DNA of 51,448 nt from Octopus bimaculoides (taxonomy: Eukaryota). The translations under genes and the position numbers were made by a program. The notes beneath the pieces were generated by a model, which made no database searches, was not told where the DNA came from, and saw only the letters and a list, made by a program, of their open reading frames with translations. This document shows positions 37,645 to 50,869 of this stretch, piece by piece. Within the stretch, counting starts at the first letter, position 1. Every line of letters begins with the position of its first letter. The stretch covers positions 32,975,198-33,026,645 of the forward strand of contig NC_069002.1 of NCBI RefSeq assembly GCF_001194135.2. Reading direction: 5' to 3'.

Positions 37645-37815
37645 TGACACAGAACCAGCAATTTTGAGAGGGTTTAAGTCGATTACAGTGACCCCACTGC
37701 TCAACTGGTACGTATTTTATCGACCCCAAAATGAGTGAAGGCGGAATCTGAACTTAGAAATTAAAGATTGCTAAACATCTTGCCCGCCGCGCAAACAGGT
37801 TTTCCAGCTCGCCGC
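37645..37815 (-). mobile_element. SINE family A, diverged
   Basis: gtcgattacagtgaccccactgctcaactggtacgtattttatcgacccc...cttgcccgccgcgcaaac...ccagctcgcc. Confidence 0.75.
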
Positions 37816-38782
37816 ATTCGCCCTCGTGAAATATTACTTTTGAATTATAGATCCCAAAAAGCAGAAGACAAATTTGATTTCAGCCTGGTTAACGGACCAG
37901 AACTGACCTCAGCTGTTAACCATTTTGTATTAATGCAAAAAATAACTTTTGACTCAGGTTATAAACATTTTATAAGAATTAATGGGAGATGTATTCCTTT
38001 GAATTACATTTTTGTGTGGTTTAGAAAAGAAAGTAAACGTTTGTTCTTCATCAGACAGAAAGGACAAAGTGGATTTAATACCAAAGCCACAAATTTGTTA
38101 TTTTGTAACCTTGGCGTAATAACAATTTTAAATTTTATCTCTTTGAAGAACGAATTTTTCCGAAACGTAAAATTGTTCATTGTTCACACCAAACCTATTC
38201 AAAGTATCGCATTTACTGATGTACAAGTTCCTCTATATTATACTTTATTTTAACTGGAAAACTGTGGTGTGGTTTATACATGGGAGAAAACTATAAAAGG
38301 AGAAGAATTTGTACTAAGATTTAGAAGTAAATTAGTGGTGCGACTAATAAACTAGTAGATGCAGTAATTTAATTTATTTTTATTATTCGGCGAACATTTA
38401 AGGATATACTTTTGCCAGCATAGCTCATCGTCATTGTATTTAGTTCTGGTTATCTTACCATTGAATATATTAACCATTGATTTCAGATGTTAAAACGTGG
38501 GGGTAAAAAAAAAAACGACCGTAATCACACGTTGAAGGACATGTATCAAAGCGATGCGGTGAATATTCGGTGAAATTACAGGAAAACGATATGTTTAAGA
38601 TTCACAAGTCAATGATTTGCGTAATTATTGATCCATGGTGCATCATTGCTTTTCCTCACAGTAATTTTGATGTTGTCAGCATTGTTGCTGTTTAAGTCTG
38701 AGTCAGATTTTATTAATCCAACAGATTGCTGAACACCGTCTGAGCCAGGACAAAGCCATATATTATTTTTATCAGCAAAAGG

Positions 38783-38840
38783 CTGTGTGGTTCCGGGTTC
38801 AACCCCATTACGTGACACCTTGGGTAAGTGTCTTCTATAG
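38783..38840 (+). mobile_element. SINE family B head fragment
   Basis: tgtgtggttccgggttcaacccc...gacaccttgggtaagtgtcttcta. Confidence 0.65.
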
Positions 38841-39149
38841 ATCCTCCTGCTTTGTTATATTGTAATCACAGTTTAAAACACAAATATTTGTTGTCGTCGG
38901 TGTTTTGATATTCTTGTTAATGTTCGATAGTGCCGGTGATGAAGTAAACAGAAATAAATTATCATGCCATTGTGTGTACTTCTCTAACAACTGTTTTTAA
39001 AAGGTACACTTGGAATCTACAAGAAATAACTAGCTGTGTCACGAATTTTTAAAAATATAATTTAAATTGTACAAACTCTCGGTAAAAGATTTTGAATCTT
39101 GGAATAAAGTTATTCATGATTTAGTTATATATTATCATTTATATTTTCT

Positions 39150-39420
39150 GTCCTGTACTTGTTTCAGTCATAAGACGGCGGCGATGCTGGGGCAACACAT
39201 TCAAAGGCTTTAACCGAACACATCGGATCCACTATTTTTTTAATATCTGGTACTTATTCTACCAGTTTCATTTGTTGTACAGCTACATTACAGGTGCGTA
39301 AACAAACCAACATCTGTTGTCAACCAGTAATGGGGTGACACAGAGATACAAATGAACACGCACACACACACACACACGCGCGCGCGCGCATGCACGCACA
39401 CATACGCATACATGCATGAA
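39150..39420 (-). mobile_element. SINE family B, diverged 3' half
   Basis: cttgtttcagtcat...gatgctggggca...tggtacttattcta...gtaaacaaaccaacatc.gttgtcaa. Confidence 0.65.
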
Positions 39421-39774
39421 CATACATACGCACACATATATATGGCGATGTTTCGCAATGTCTCCGCCTGCTAAATTGACTCCCAAGACATTGGTGGTCT
39501 GGGGCTACATTAGAAGACACATACTCAAGGTGCTGCGCTGTGGGTCTTTAGCTGACCCCACCTGTTGCAAAGCGAGCTTCTTAAACACACCGCCACATCT
39601 GCACTCGTAGGGGAAGTAATTATTTTAACTCACGCCATAGAAATACAAAAACAAAAATGAACAATAAAGAAAGGAATATATTTCCACAAAACATCGAAAG
39701 ATATGTAACGATTAATAAGATATAGTTCAGATATCCACTCAATCCCAAACTTAATGAAAAGTAGTTATTGATCT

Positions 39775-39975
39775 CAAATTTCAGCACAAAGCCAGCAATT
39801 TAAGGGGGAGGGGTAAAGTCGATTACATCGTCCCTCCTTCCCCCACCGGACTCCACTGGTACTTATGTTATCGATTGCGATTGGATGAAAGGCAAGGTCG
39901 ACATCGACAGAATTTGAACTCAGAACGTGAAGGTGCCGCTACACATTTCGCCCGCGATTCTAACGATTCTATAAG
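39775..39975 (-). mobile_element. SINE family A
   Basis: gtcgattacatcg...actggtactta.gttatcga...ggatgaaaggcaaggtcgac...gaatttgaactcagaacgt. Confidence 0.8.
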
Positions 39976-40343
39976 CACTCCACATTTTAGTGAAAATTAG
40001 TTAGTAGGCTTCGTGGAGAAACCGAGGCAATCTGTTAGATAGAGCAGCTAAATATTCCTCAAATTATAATCCGCTGCTACAAAGTGACATTGGTTTATGC
40101 AGTTCTAAGTCGGACGAAAGCACACAATAAGTCAATAAGTTAATTCTTTCTAAGTTGCTCAGATCAGTTGATTCTAACAATGTACAATCTGGATCGATCC
40201 AGATTGAAGTTACGAGCTCAACTGATGTTACTGCTGTTGCGGTTGTTGCTGCTGCTAAACATACAAGAACCCCCATCACTAACACAAACTTCAGCAACAC
40301 CACCACCATCACTAACACAACAAACGTTCTTACCACATCCAGT

Positions 40344-40344
<1 letters not shown>

Positions 40345-40393
<49 letters not shown>

Positions 40394-40419
40394 GTGCTGC
40401 TGCTGCTGCTGCTGCTGCT

Positions 40420-40476
<57 letters not shown>

Positions 40477-40726
40477 TCTGCTACAGGCATTGTTAGAAGA
40501 ACTTTTTATTTTTGCAATAGGTGTTTTTACTATCGTCGAAATTCATATTTGCTCTTTCATCGTACAAGTTTCTGAGTGTATGTGTGACGTGTGTGTGTGC
40601 GTGTGCGTGTGTATGTGTGCGTGTGTGTGTACGTGTGCTTGTGTGTGTGCGTGTATGTGTACGTGTAACTATGTATATGTATATTTTGTATACTTATATA
40701 TATTCGTATATATGTATATGTATGTG

Positions 40727-40769
<43 letters not shown>

Positions 40770-41043
40770 CTTATATGCACATACACCAAACCATACATAC
40801 ATGTACATATATGCATTCATACAACCTTAAATACACACATCGCCGTGAACTGCTTAAGCATTAAATATAAAAGGCATTAATCATATCTATTGTCACATGA
40901 TTATAATGTTTACCGCATGCATCTGGCGGCACACACTTGTATTAACACACACACACACACACACATACATACATACAAACATGCATACATACATACGCAT
41001 ACTAATATATACATATATATATATTCATGTATATACCTACCTA

Positions 41044-41105
<62 letters not shown>

Positions 41106-41420
41106 TCCATGTATGTATATATGTAGTCAAGTATATACGAATGTATGTATGAATACATAAATATACTCATCTGTATACATACACATCACACATACACACA
41201 CACTTATATACGCATATATAATACATATATACATGTTTACACATGCACACATATATAGGCATGTGTATATATATACACACACACACAAACATACATATAC
41301 ACGTAAATATATGAGTAATTTGAACTGGAAGCTAATAATTATATGGCATATTATATCGTATTATAATTTAATATAGCTCTGCATGTATTTGTGTGTGTGT
41401 GTGTGTGTGTATGAGTTCGT
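40345..41420. repeat. Compound microsatellite block: (CTA)/(CTG), (TG), (TA), (CA), (GA)
   Basis: Directly visible. Confidence 0.85.
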
Positions 41421-42517
41421 GTGTCTGTGTGCATGTACAATTATAAACATGATCTTTCACCTTCAACGTTTTCCAAATTCGTAAAATTTTTGTTTGTATT
41501 TATAACGTGAATATTGCATACATGATAGATTAGGTTTAATGGTATATTAGAAAATTGTGCAACGAGAGTGATTATAGTCACAAGTATAGGTAATGTATAT
41601 ATATATATACAAATGTAATATTAGGAAATACGTCGTCATACATGTTCTTACATTAGGCTGGTTTATTACGCAAAAAAACAATTTTTTGAAGATTAACTTC
41701 TATAAGATGATTTAATTTTATAAAAGAAGCAAAAAATAGTGAATTTAGAAAAATATATAACACGGAAACACTACAAACGCAGACAAATATTATAGCAACC
41801 GAACAGTCATCATAATGCACTTCACAGGTGTCTTTGGTAAGAGAACATGTCACTTGTCTTTTGAAAGACGTATTTTCAACACCTGGTGCCGCAACTGTTT
41901 GTCATTCAATATTATGAAGAAACGGCTTTGGTGAGCAAATTGTATAAAAGTAACTCGAACCAGTAATTTAGGAGAACTAGGAATCGTAATACAGTTTTAA
42001 TTTTCATTACAGTATGATTTTAGCTACATATTTATCTAACCATAGCCCGCTATTTTTAAGTAGGGATTTGTACGCCTCCTCTATATGCCATCAGGATTGT
42101 AATAGGAATACGGGAAATGTCAGTCATAGTTGGTTGGATATTATTACTTCCAATCTCTCGCTTTAAAACCTTATACATGCACGCAATCATTCCTACCCAC
42201 TCCATCCGTTTATAACGAGCTTTCAATTGCAGATGTATACACCACTGTTCACTTATATCATCTGTCTCTTTAAGACTGCGAACTATTAACAAATATAAAA
42301 TTTCATCAGTTATAATTCAAAGATGCTACTGCGAAGTCCATGAAACAACTTCGGGGTGATATACAACCAGAAACCTACATTCATTTACAGTTGGTAATAA
42401 TGTATGTATATATGTATGTAAGTATTATGTATGCATATACATACGTGACTTGGTGCTTCAACTTGACTACCTAATTCAACTGCATCTAAGTTATTTCGGT
42501 TATATATATATATATAA

Positions 42518-42586
<69 letters not shown>

Positions 42587-42974
42587 CACATACAAAGACA
42601 AAGAGAGAGGCAGAGGGGGAAGATGGAGAGAGGAATAGAAGAGAGAGAGTGGACAACGTTGACATTGATAACATTAGAACGCGTCGTACAAAATGTCGGG
42701 TAAAGTTCGGAAAAACATTTTATCTGACGACCTATATGCAATGTCAACCCGCCTATCTGTGACGCTCCCTATTCATATCAGCATAATTAAAAAGCCAGCC
42801 TAGGATACGCTCCACAAAACTGATGTATTACGGCTTCACCTGCAGTTGAGTACTTAAAACGCAGCAGACTTTAAATGTAATAAAACAAAACTATGTACAC
42901 ACTGCAATTCCTTTCTTGCATTTGTGAGACTTTGAAAACTACAGTTTCACATCGTTTACTTAGTGTTTTTTTCC

Positions 42975-43090
42975 ATTCATTGCAGTATGGCAAGGCTGGA
43001 GCACCGTCTTGAACTAATCGATCCCGCTACGTTTCTTTTTAGCTCTTAAGTCTAGATCTTGTTCTATTGGTCACCTTTGCCAAACCCCTA
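42975..43090 (-). mobile_element. SINE family B fragment
   Basis: gctggagcaccgtcttg...tcgatccc...cttgttctattggtcacctttgccaaacc. Confidence 0.55.
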
Positions 43091-43321
43091 ATGTAATTTT
43101 TTCTGTTTTTCTGTTTTTCTATTTTTCTGTTTTTCTATTTCTTTCTGTGTTTCTATTTTTCTTTTGGTATATCACAACAATAAATGTGACTGCATTGAAA
43201 ATGTTCATTTCTAACATTGTCTGATGAGATTTTAGAGCGATTACGTTGTTATTTCTAGCAAAGTAATCCATCAAATAAAAAATAATCTTTCATGTATCAC
43301 AATGATAATGTGTAGCTGAAT

Positions 43322-43548
43322 TTGAAGGCGAAGGGGTGACAGAATCGCTAACAGCCCTGGAAAAATGCTCAACAGAAGTTCGTCCCTTTCTACGTTTTGA
43401 GCTCAAATTCCGCCGTGGTCGACTTTGTTTCTCATCCCTTCGAGATCGAACAGTAAGTACACTTTCAGTATTGGGGTCAATTTAATCGAATTGCCCTCTT
43501 TCCCAGAAATGCTGTCTTTTTTTTTTGCCAAAATTTAAAACCAATATG
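43322..43548 (+). mobile_element. SINE family A, diverged full-length copy
   Basis: aaggcga...cagaatcgctaac...ctacgttttgagctcaaattccgccgtggtcgactttg...ttggggtcaatttaatcga...tgccaaaattt. Confidence 0.75.
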
Positions 43549-44250
43549 CATCTGTAATTGAATTCTATTATTTCTAACACAATCTAGTATTTTAGAGATT
43601 TCTTGTTGCTGTTTCTAACAACTTAAGTCACCGCATACAAGCAACGTCTGGTATATCACAATGGTAGATGTAACTGCATTCAAACTTATTCATCTCCATT
43701 ATAGTCTTACCTGAAATAAGGACGAATTTGTTGTGTTTCAAACTATATAAAACATCACACACTTACACACTGTTGTATACCAGAATAGCAAGAATTGTAT
43801 GTATGGCCATAGGTTCACATTTTGGAAAGCAATTAACGTAGAGTATTTCAGAGCTTCTCAATGACTGAAGACAAGTATTACATATTATAACCCTATTAGT
43901 GAGGTAAATAGAATAAAACAGTTTTAATTAAGTTAACTTCATGAAAATTTCATACATGCAAGGTGTTTGTTTATAAATCTAAGCGTTATTTTATGACAAG
44001 ATTAACAAGTTAACATATTTGATCCAATTAGAGTAAATAATTAGTTTAATTTTGTTTAGAGCGGAAATTACATATAATGAATCGAGACTTAATATATTAA
44101 AATGTAAGACAAATATTAGAATGCATAACTTTGATAAAGTATAAGAAATTTTATGAGATTTAAATATTTATTTCAAACCGAGAACGCATATCTATCGAAG
44201 TGTTTCTTTGCTTATACGCTTGCTTGTGTATGTACGCATGTGTTTAGGTA

Positions 44251-44303
<53 letters not shown>

Positions 44304-45299
44304 GCACGTATATATTACATACATACACACACACTCATATATATACACGCACACACACACACATATACATACATGATTAGGTACACATATACGTGATCGC
44401 GTACACATATTCAGTTGATGCATTACGCTGTTACTTTACATTTCAGAAATCTTTGATTCGCAATCAGCCATGCTAGTCATCTATAGTAAAGGTGTGGAAA
44501 TCCACTATGATTGTTAATTTTTAATTAACCGCCCATTGTCCACTCGAATGCATTGCTTGTCCCATTATGCCTGCAAGCAGTTAACACAAACGGCAGTTCA
44601 AAATCCACTACTTCAGGGATATGTTTAAAGGTGTGGCATATTTATTTTATGATGGAGAGAACAGAAAACATTTTCTAGTCTCCTCCATACACATGAGGAT
44701 GGTTACTTTCTGAAACTTGAATATTTTGAATATCTGTAAATTGAAGCGTGAATACCCGCTGTGTGAATATACATTTGTATTCGTACTCTCTCTTTTCCGG
44801 GGTTGATTTCAGGCATGCCTTCAAAAATCAAATTGCATTAAAAAAACAAAAAAAAAACAACATATTTTTGAACTTATTTTTGCAGCCTAAACAAACGTAT
44901 GTACTTTTTATGGTCAACCGTTTCTACATTTGGTCTGTATAGCATTTTATACGCAAAGGATGTCGAATCTATTGTTTTCTGAAATTGAACTCTAGTTCAA
45001 TTGCACGTCAAGCAAACAATAAAATCGTTTAATCGGTATTCTATCGGCTAAGCAAATAAGGTGAATGAGAAGACGAAAATAATCATTGTTCTATTTTTTA
45101 GTGGCGGGTGTGTGCAATCCTATATATGAACACACAATTACACGAACAGAGAGACACAGACACGTACATACTACACTCTCACTCTCTCTCTCTCTCATTC
45201 TCTCGCTCTCTATGTGTATATATATATTCATATGTATATACATATAGCCATATGTATATATGCATTTACATGTTAGATAGATATTTAAAGAATTTTTCA

Positions 45300-45596
45300 G
45301 TTCTAAATTTTAAAGATGAGGAATTATGTACATTATTTCCTTTCTTTACAATTGACGGATAGTTGTCCTCATCTTGTTTGTTGTTAACACAACGTTTCGG
45401 CTGATATACCCTCCAGCCTTCATCCGGTGTCTTGGGGAAATTTCGAACACGGGTTCCCATTCCTAAGGTAGTTTTCGATGTTGTTGTTGTTATTATTATT
45501 ATTATTATTATCATTATTATTATTTAGATCACTGCCTTGAATCGAACTCGGAATCTTGGGGTTAGTAGCCCGAGCTCTTAACCACTACGCCATATG
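45300..45596 (-). mobile_element. SINE family D: tRNA-like head, (AAT)n spacer, hammerhead-like 3' module (copy 1)
   Basis: Head atggcgtagtggttaagagctcgggctactaacccc...gagttcgattc (A and B boxes). Collinear with 47990-48290. Confidence 0.8.
45386..45431 (-). ncRNA. Minimal type I hammerhead ribozyme-like motif with U4>G core mutation
   Basis: GACAC-CGGAUGA-A-GGCUG(GAGGGUAUAU)CAGCC-GAA-ACGU-U-GUGUU. Stem I, stem II and the GAAA box are intact; CUGAUGA is altered at 45425. Confidence 0.6.
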
Positions 45597-46256
45597 GCGT
45601 AACGGGTAAGAGCGCGGGCTACTAACAGCAAGATTTCGAGTTCCAAAGTGAGTGTGCTGGGTATAACATATTTCGAATGTTCTGTATAGAACTTTAGTTA
45701 AAATCTGCGGCCGCTATTTCTGTTAGCTACGCAAGAGTCATTATCTTCAAGTTGACAAAGCGTGAGGATACGCTATTTGCATGTTGACATTTGATATAAA
45801 TGATATATACTTCTGTTTTTGCTTATTGGTGACATTTTTCAGATGTGATAATTACAGGCAACTGAAGAGATCTTTCATATTATTCTTATAAAAAAAGATT
45901 ATGGCATTTGTGGTTCAGAGCAATGTTTTCTTAACAAAGATAAAGATTTCTCGCTATATATGATCTTAGGCTCAAGATACATCAACGAGTTACACTATCT
46001 AGTGTGTATCTTTCTACTTATAGGGTTTGTGTGTTATTTGTTTGCATATTCTAATTTCGCTCGAAACTACTTGATATTAACATATTACTAGAACTGCATT
46101 CGGTTCAACAAATATGATTTTCTCGATCTATATTGGAAATATCAATACTGAATACACGTGTTTTTTACGATTACGGAAGACGTAATATATATATATATAT
46201 ATATANNNNNNNNNNNNNNNNNNNNNNNNNNNNNNNNNNNNNNTATATACATATAC

Positions 46257-46292
<36 letters not shown>

Positions 46293-46309
46293 ACGAGTAT
46301 ATATATGGG

Positions 46310-46455
46310 TGTGTGGGGTGAAGCTTGCTTCAAAACCACACGGTTCCGGGTTCAGTGCCAGTGCATGGCAACTTAGGTAACTGCCTTCTACCATAGGCTC
46401 GGGCCGACCAAATCCTTGTGAGTGGATATGGTAGACGGAAACTGAAAGAAGTCGT

Positions 46456-46525
<70 letters not shown>

Positions 46526-46720
46526 GTTTATATGTTTTAGACAACCGATGTTGGCGCGTTTACATCCCCGTAACTTGGCAGTTCGGTAAAAGTAATCGAT
46601 AAAATAGGTACCAGGCTTATAGATAATAAGCCTCGAGGTCGACCCCTTCCACTAGAAAGCGATGCTCCTGCATGACCCCAATCAAAGTAACCGAAACACG
46701 TAACAGATTAAGAGAGAAGA
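46310..46720 (+). mobile_element. SINE family B, near full-length, with internal (TA)n
   Basis: The 5' half (accacacggttccgggttcagtgcc...ggccgaccaaatccttgtgagtgg) and 3' half (gacaaccgatgttggcgcgtttacatccccgtaac...) are joined, showing they form one element. Confidence 0.8.
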
Positions 46721-46956
46721 ATATATAACTGTACACGCACAAACGCACGCGCACACACATGTGTATGCATGTATATATGTAACTACGTACGCTTGTATGT
46801 ATGTATAATAATGGTGTTGTTTTATGGGAGAGACAGGCGAATTACATTCGATTTGGTTTTGAAATTTATTTTCGGAGTTCCAAATATTTCATGATACATA
46901 AATACGCACAAAATCACGTACGCCACGACATAGACACACACACACATAAATGTATG

Positions 46957-47000
<44 letters not shown>

Positions 47001-47989
47001 TGTATATACGTGCTCTATATGTATGCCTTATCTATATATTTATACTGATTTTTGAATGAACTAGGCTCTAAATGACTCTAAAAGCAGAAAAGAAAAATAA
47101 ATGTTTAAAATTGCATGTAGAAAAATTACTAAAAGAATTTTCTATATGGAAATATATGTCATGATATAGCTAATGTTAGAGTAAGCTTTAGAAAAAGATA
47201 TGAAAAATTTAACTAGACTCTAATTTAACGACAATGGACGTCATGTTCACGTGACTTCACTGTGAAATGGTAGCATGACTTCGTAATTTTCCACGATGTT
47301 TCATGGTTGAGAAAAAAAAAATATTACATACATGAAATTGATGCGGAATTCCTAGGATTTTTTTGAAAAGAAACAGGAAAAGTGAAGCGAATATAATTTC
47401 TTATCTCCCAAAAGACAACATATACTATACCGACAGGAAAAGGTGGCTAAAGTATTGTGGATGATTTCTGGTGTGTTTATATCCATTTGTGGCATTCTTA
47501 AACTATACTTATATGTGTGAACAATAGTTAATTTCCTGTTAAATTATTCAGATTTATTTTTAAAATGTTAATTATCTAGAAATAATAATTCTGTGAAGAA
47601 ATTACAAATACTCAATTATTTGAAAGCGTTGAATGCAAGCTATTTTTATTAAAATTAATTGGCAGAAAATCAACGTTCATCTTATTAACACAAGATAAAG
47701 GTTAAGGTTATTGTCTTATGGCGGTTCAAGAAACGCCCAGTAATTTACTGGAAGTAATTAGGCAACGAAGAAAATTACTGATACTGCATTTTAAATCTAT
47801 TTAGGCAAACTTTGTCCCAGAAATTTCAGCGAAGATTAACTTCCCAGTTAATTGAGCAAAGAAAGCTTTTCCAAATTAAAGTTACGTCCTATACATCAAA
47901 TAAACTATACAGGATACTCATAGATGCCTTTGCAATTTGAAAGTTTCAGAAAATAATGGAAAATAAGGATACTTCATACAGATGTATAT

Positions 47990-48150
47990 TTAAGATATGA
48001 GGAATTATGTACATTATTTAAATTTAACGAATATTTGTCCTCATCTTGTTTGTTGTTAACACAACTTATTGGCCAATATACCACCCCGCCTTCATCAGGT
48101 GTCTTGGCGAAATTTCGAACCTAGGTTCTCATTCCTAAGGTAGTTTTCGA

Positions 48151-48228
<78 letters not shown>

Positions 48229-48290
48229 GGTCACTGCCTAGAATCGAACTCGGAATCTTGGTGTTAGTAGCCCACGCTCTTAACCACTAC
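47990..48290 (-). mobile_element. SINE family D, copy 2
   Basis: Collinear with 45300-45590, with a longer (AAT)n; the head is cut at 48290 by a family B fragment. Confidence 0.8.
48058..48103 (-). ncRNA. Hammerhead ribozyme-like motif with intact CUGAUGA but decayed GAAA box
   Basis: GACAC-CUGAUGA-AGGCGGGGUGGUAUAUUGGCC-AAUAAGUU-GUGUU. Confidence 0.5.
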
Positions 48291-48427
48291 ATCCCAGGTT
48301 ACAGGGACGTTGACAGACCATCCCCTGTTGTCAAGTGGTGGGAGGGGACAACCACGGACATAAACACACACACACTCACACACATATAATATATTAAAAG
48401 TGAAGTTCATATTGTTTGCTTGCTTGC

Positions 48428-48680
48428 AACGTAAAGATAGACGAAATACTGCTAAGCATTTCGCCTGGCGTGCTAACGCTTCATATTTCTTTATTGCCCA
48501 CAAGGGGCTAAACATAGAGGGGACAAACAAGAACAAAGGGATTAAGTCGATTACATCGACCCCTGTGCGTAACTCGTACTTAATTTATCGACCTGAAAGG
48601 ATGAAAGGCAAAGTCGACCTCGGCGGAATTTGAACTCAGAACGTAAAGATAGACGACATACCGTTAAGCATTTTACCAAA
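48428..48680 (-). mobile_element. SINE family A dimer: copy 48481-48680 joined to a truncated head 48428-48480
   Basis: Same tail-to-head junction as at ~958. Confidence 0.85.
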
Positions 48681-48864
48681 TTCACTGAGAAAGCATAGGT
48701 AGTCCGGAATATATAGCGGAAGACACTCACCTTAGGTTCCACGCGGTGGGACTGGACTCAGATCCAGGTTGCTTTGAAGCAACCACGGTACCACGCAACG
48801 TATACTATAATATAATATAATATAATATAAAATAATATAATACATTCATTTCAAATTTTGGCAG

Positions 48865-49030
48865 ACGAGCAGAAGTTTTTGAGGGGAGAAATAAGTCAAT
48901 AACAATTTCACCACTGGTATTTATTGACTGGTATTTATTTTATCGACTCCAATATCATAAAAGGCAAATTCAACCTGGACAAAATGTACACTCAGTATTT
49001 TGTCCGGTCGCTAACGATTCTACCAGCTAA
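48865..49030 (-). mobile_element. SINE family A, diverged
   Basis: actggtatttattttatcgactcc...aaaggcaaattcaacct...gctaacgattctaccagct. Confidence 0.6.
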
Positions 49031-49224
49031 TCTCCTTTAATAATCCAATAATATAATATCGCATAATATAATATACTCATATTATATAACATAATATGAT
49101 ATAATCCGTCTCTACAATTTTATAGTTTATTGAATTATCTTAATTAGATTGAGGAAGATTTGGTTCTTATTTATTGTAGTTTTAGCGAACACTCATATTT
49201 CCGTGAGTGTACCTTTCAGTGTAC

Positions 49225-49256
<32 letters not shown>

Positions 49257-50479
49257 GTGTGTGTGTGTGCGTGTGTGTGTGTTTAGATAAATATACACTA
49301 CAACTGTTTGCATATATATANNNNNNNNNNNNNNNNNNNNNNNNNNNNNNNNNNNNNNNNNNNNNNNNNNNNNNNNNNNNNNNNNNNNNNNNNNNNNNNN
49401 NNNNNNNNNNNNNNNNNNNNNNNNNNNNNNNNNNNNNNNNNNNNNNNNNNNNNNNNNNNNNNNNNNNNNNNNNNNNNNNNNNNNNNNNNNNNNNNNNNNN
49501 NNNNNNNNNNNNNNNNNNNNNNNNNNNNNNNNNNNNNNNNNNNNNNNNNNNNNNNNNNNNNNNNNNNNNNNNNNNNNNNNNNNNNNNNNNNNNNNNNNNN
49601 NNNNNNNNNNNNNNNNNNNNNNNNNNNNNNNNNNNNNNNNNNNNNNNNNNNNNNNNNNNNNNNNNNNNNNNNNNNNNNNNNNNNNNNNNNNNNNNNNNNN
49701 NNNNNNNNNNNNNNNNNNNNNNNNNNNNNNNNNNNNNNNNNNNNNNNNNNNNNNNNNNNNNNNNNNNNNNNNNNNNNNNNNNNNNNNNNNNNNNNNNNNN
49801 NNNNNNNNNNNNNNNNNNNNNNNNNNNNNNNNNNNNNNNNNNNNNNNNNNNNNNNNNNNNNNNNNNNNNNNNNNNNNNNNNNNNNNNNNNNNNNNNNNNN
49901 NNNNNNNNNNNNNNNNNNNNNNNNNNNNNNNNNNNNNNNNNNNNNNNNNNNNNNNNNNNNNNNNNNNNNNNNNNNNNNNNNNNNNNNNNNNNNNNNNNNN
50001 NNNNNNNNNNNNNNNNNNNNNNNNNNNNNNNNNNNNNNNNNNNNNNNNNNNNNNNNNNNNNNNNNNNNNNNNNNNNNNNNNNNNNNNNNNNNNNNNNNNN
50101 NNNNNNNNNNNNNNNNTATATATATATACATGTGCGTGTGAGCGCACGCATAGAATATAGGCATAATTTCAGACACACTGAGATAGATATATCGTGACTT
50201 TAACAAGTATTCCGAGAGCCGAACCTGTTGTGATTAATATTCAGACATTCTGAGATCTAATTTGCTATTATTTCAGTGTCAAGATCTATTAGTTTAACAA
50301 CAGAATGTCTCTGTCACTCATCCTCCACGCATTTAACGAAGATTGCTAGTATTCCTACCAGCATTCTCATTATAACGAATATTTTGCCTCACTTATTCCT
50401 TGTCATTTTCGTATTAGATTCAACGCGATTTCATCATTGAGGTTCTTTAACATTATCATTTTTTTCATCGTCAACGTCA

Positions 50480-50485
50480 ACATCG

Positions 50486-50519
<34 letters not shown>

Positions 50520-50634
50520 TATCATCATCATCATCACCATCATCACCATCATCGTCATTACTATTATCATTATTATTGTCATCATTATTTTTATCATTAT
50601 TATTAGTATTATTATTGTCTCAACTCCGTTAAAC

Positions 50635-50721
<87 letters not shown>

Positions 50722-50795
50722 CAAAAATAATAAATAATAATAAGGGTAATAATAGTAATATCAATAACGAAGTTGATCAATATTGTTGTTGCTGC

Positions 50796-50867
<72 letters not shown>
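50480..50867. repeat. (ATC)n, (ATT)n and (AAT)n microsatellites; the (AAT)n and last (ATT)n tracts are inverted
   Basis: Directly visible. Confidence 0.9.

Positions 50868-50869
<2 letters not shown>

Noticed and set aside
41828-41930. Plus-strand open segment GVFGKRTCHLSFERRIFNTWCRNCLSFNIMKKRL with TTG|gtgagc donor
   Set aside because: Short pyrimidine tract, no homology and no partner exon.
3151-50116. Long ORFs spanning the N gaps (3151-3555, 6080-7056, 10204-10461, 11500-11860, 12847-13301, 16542-17091, 18877-19199, 20238-20798, 28026-28035, 31387-31940, 46206-46243, 49321-50116)
   Set aside because: N runs contain no stop codons, and most gaps are flanked by (TA)n or (CT)n. These are artefacts.
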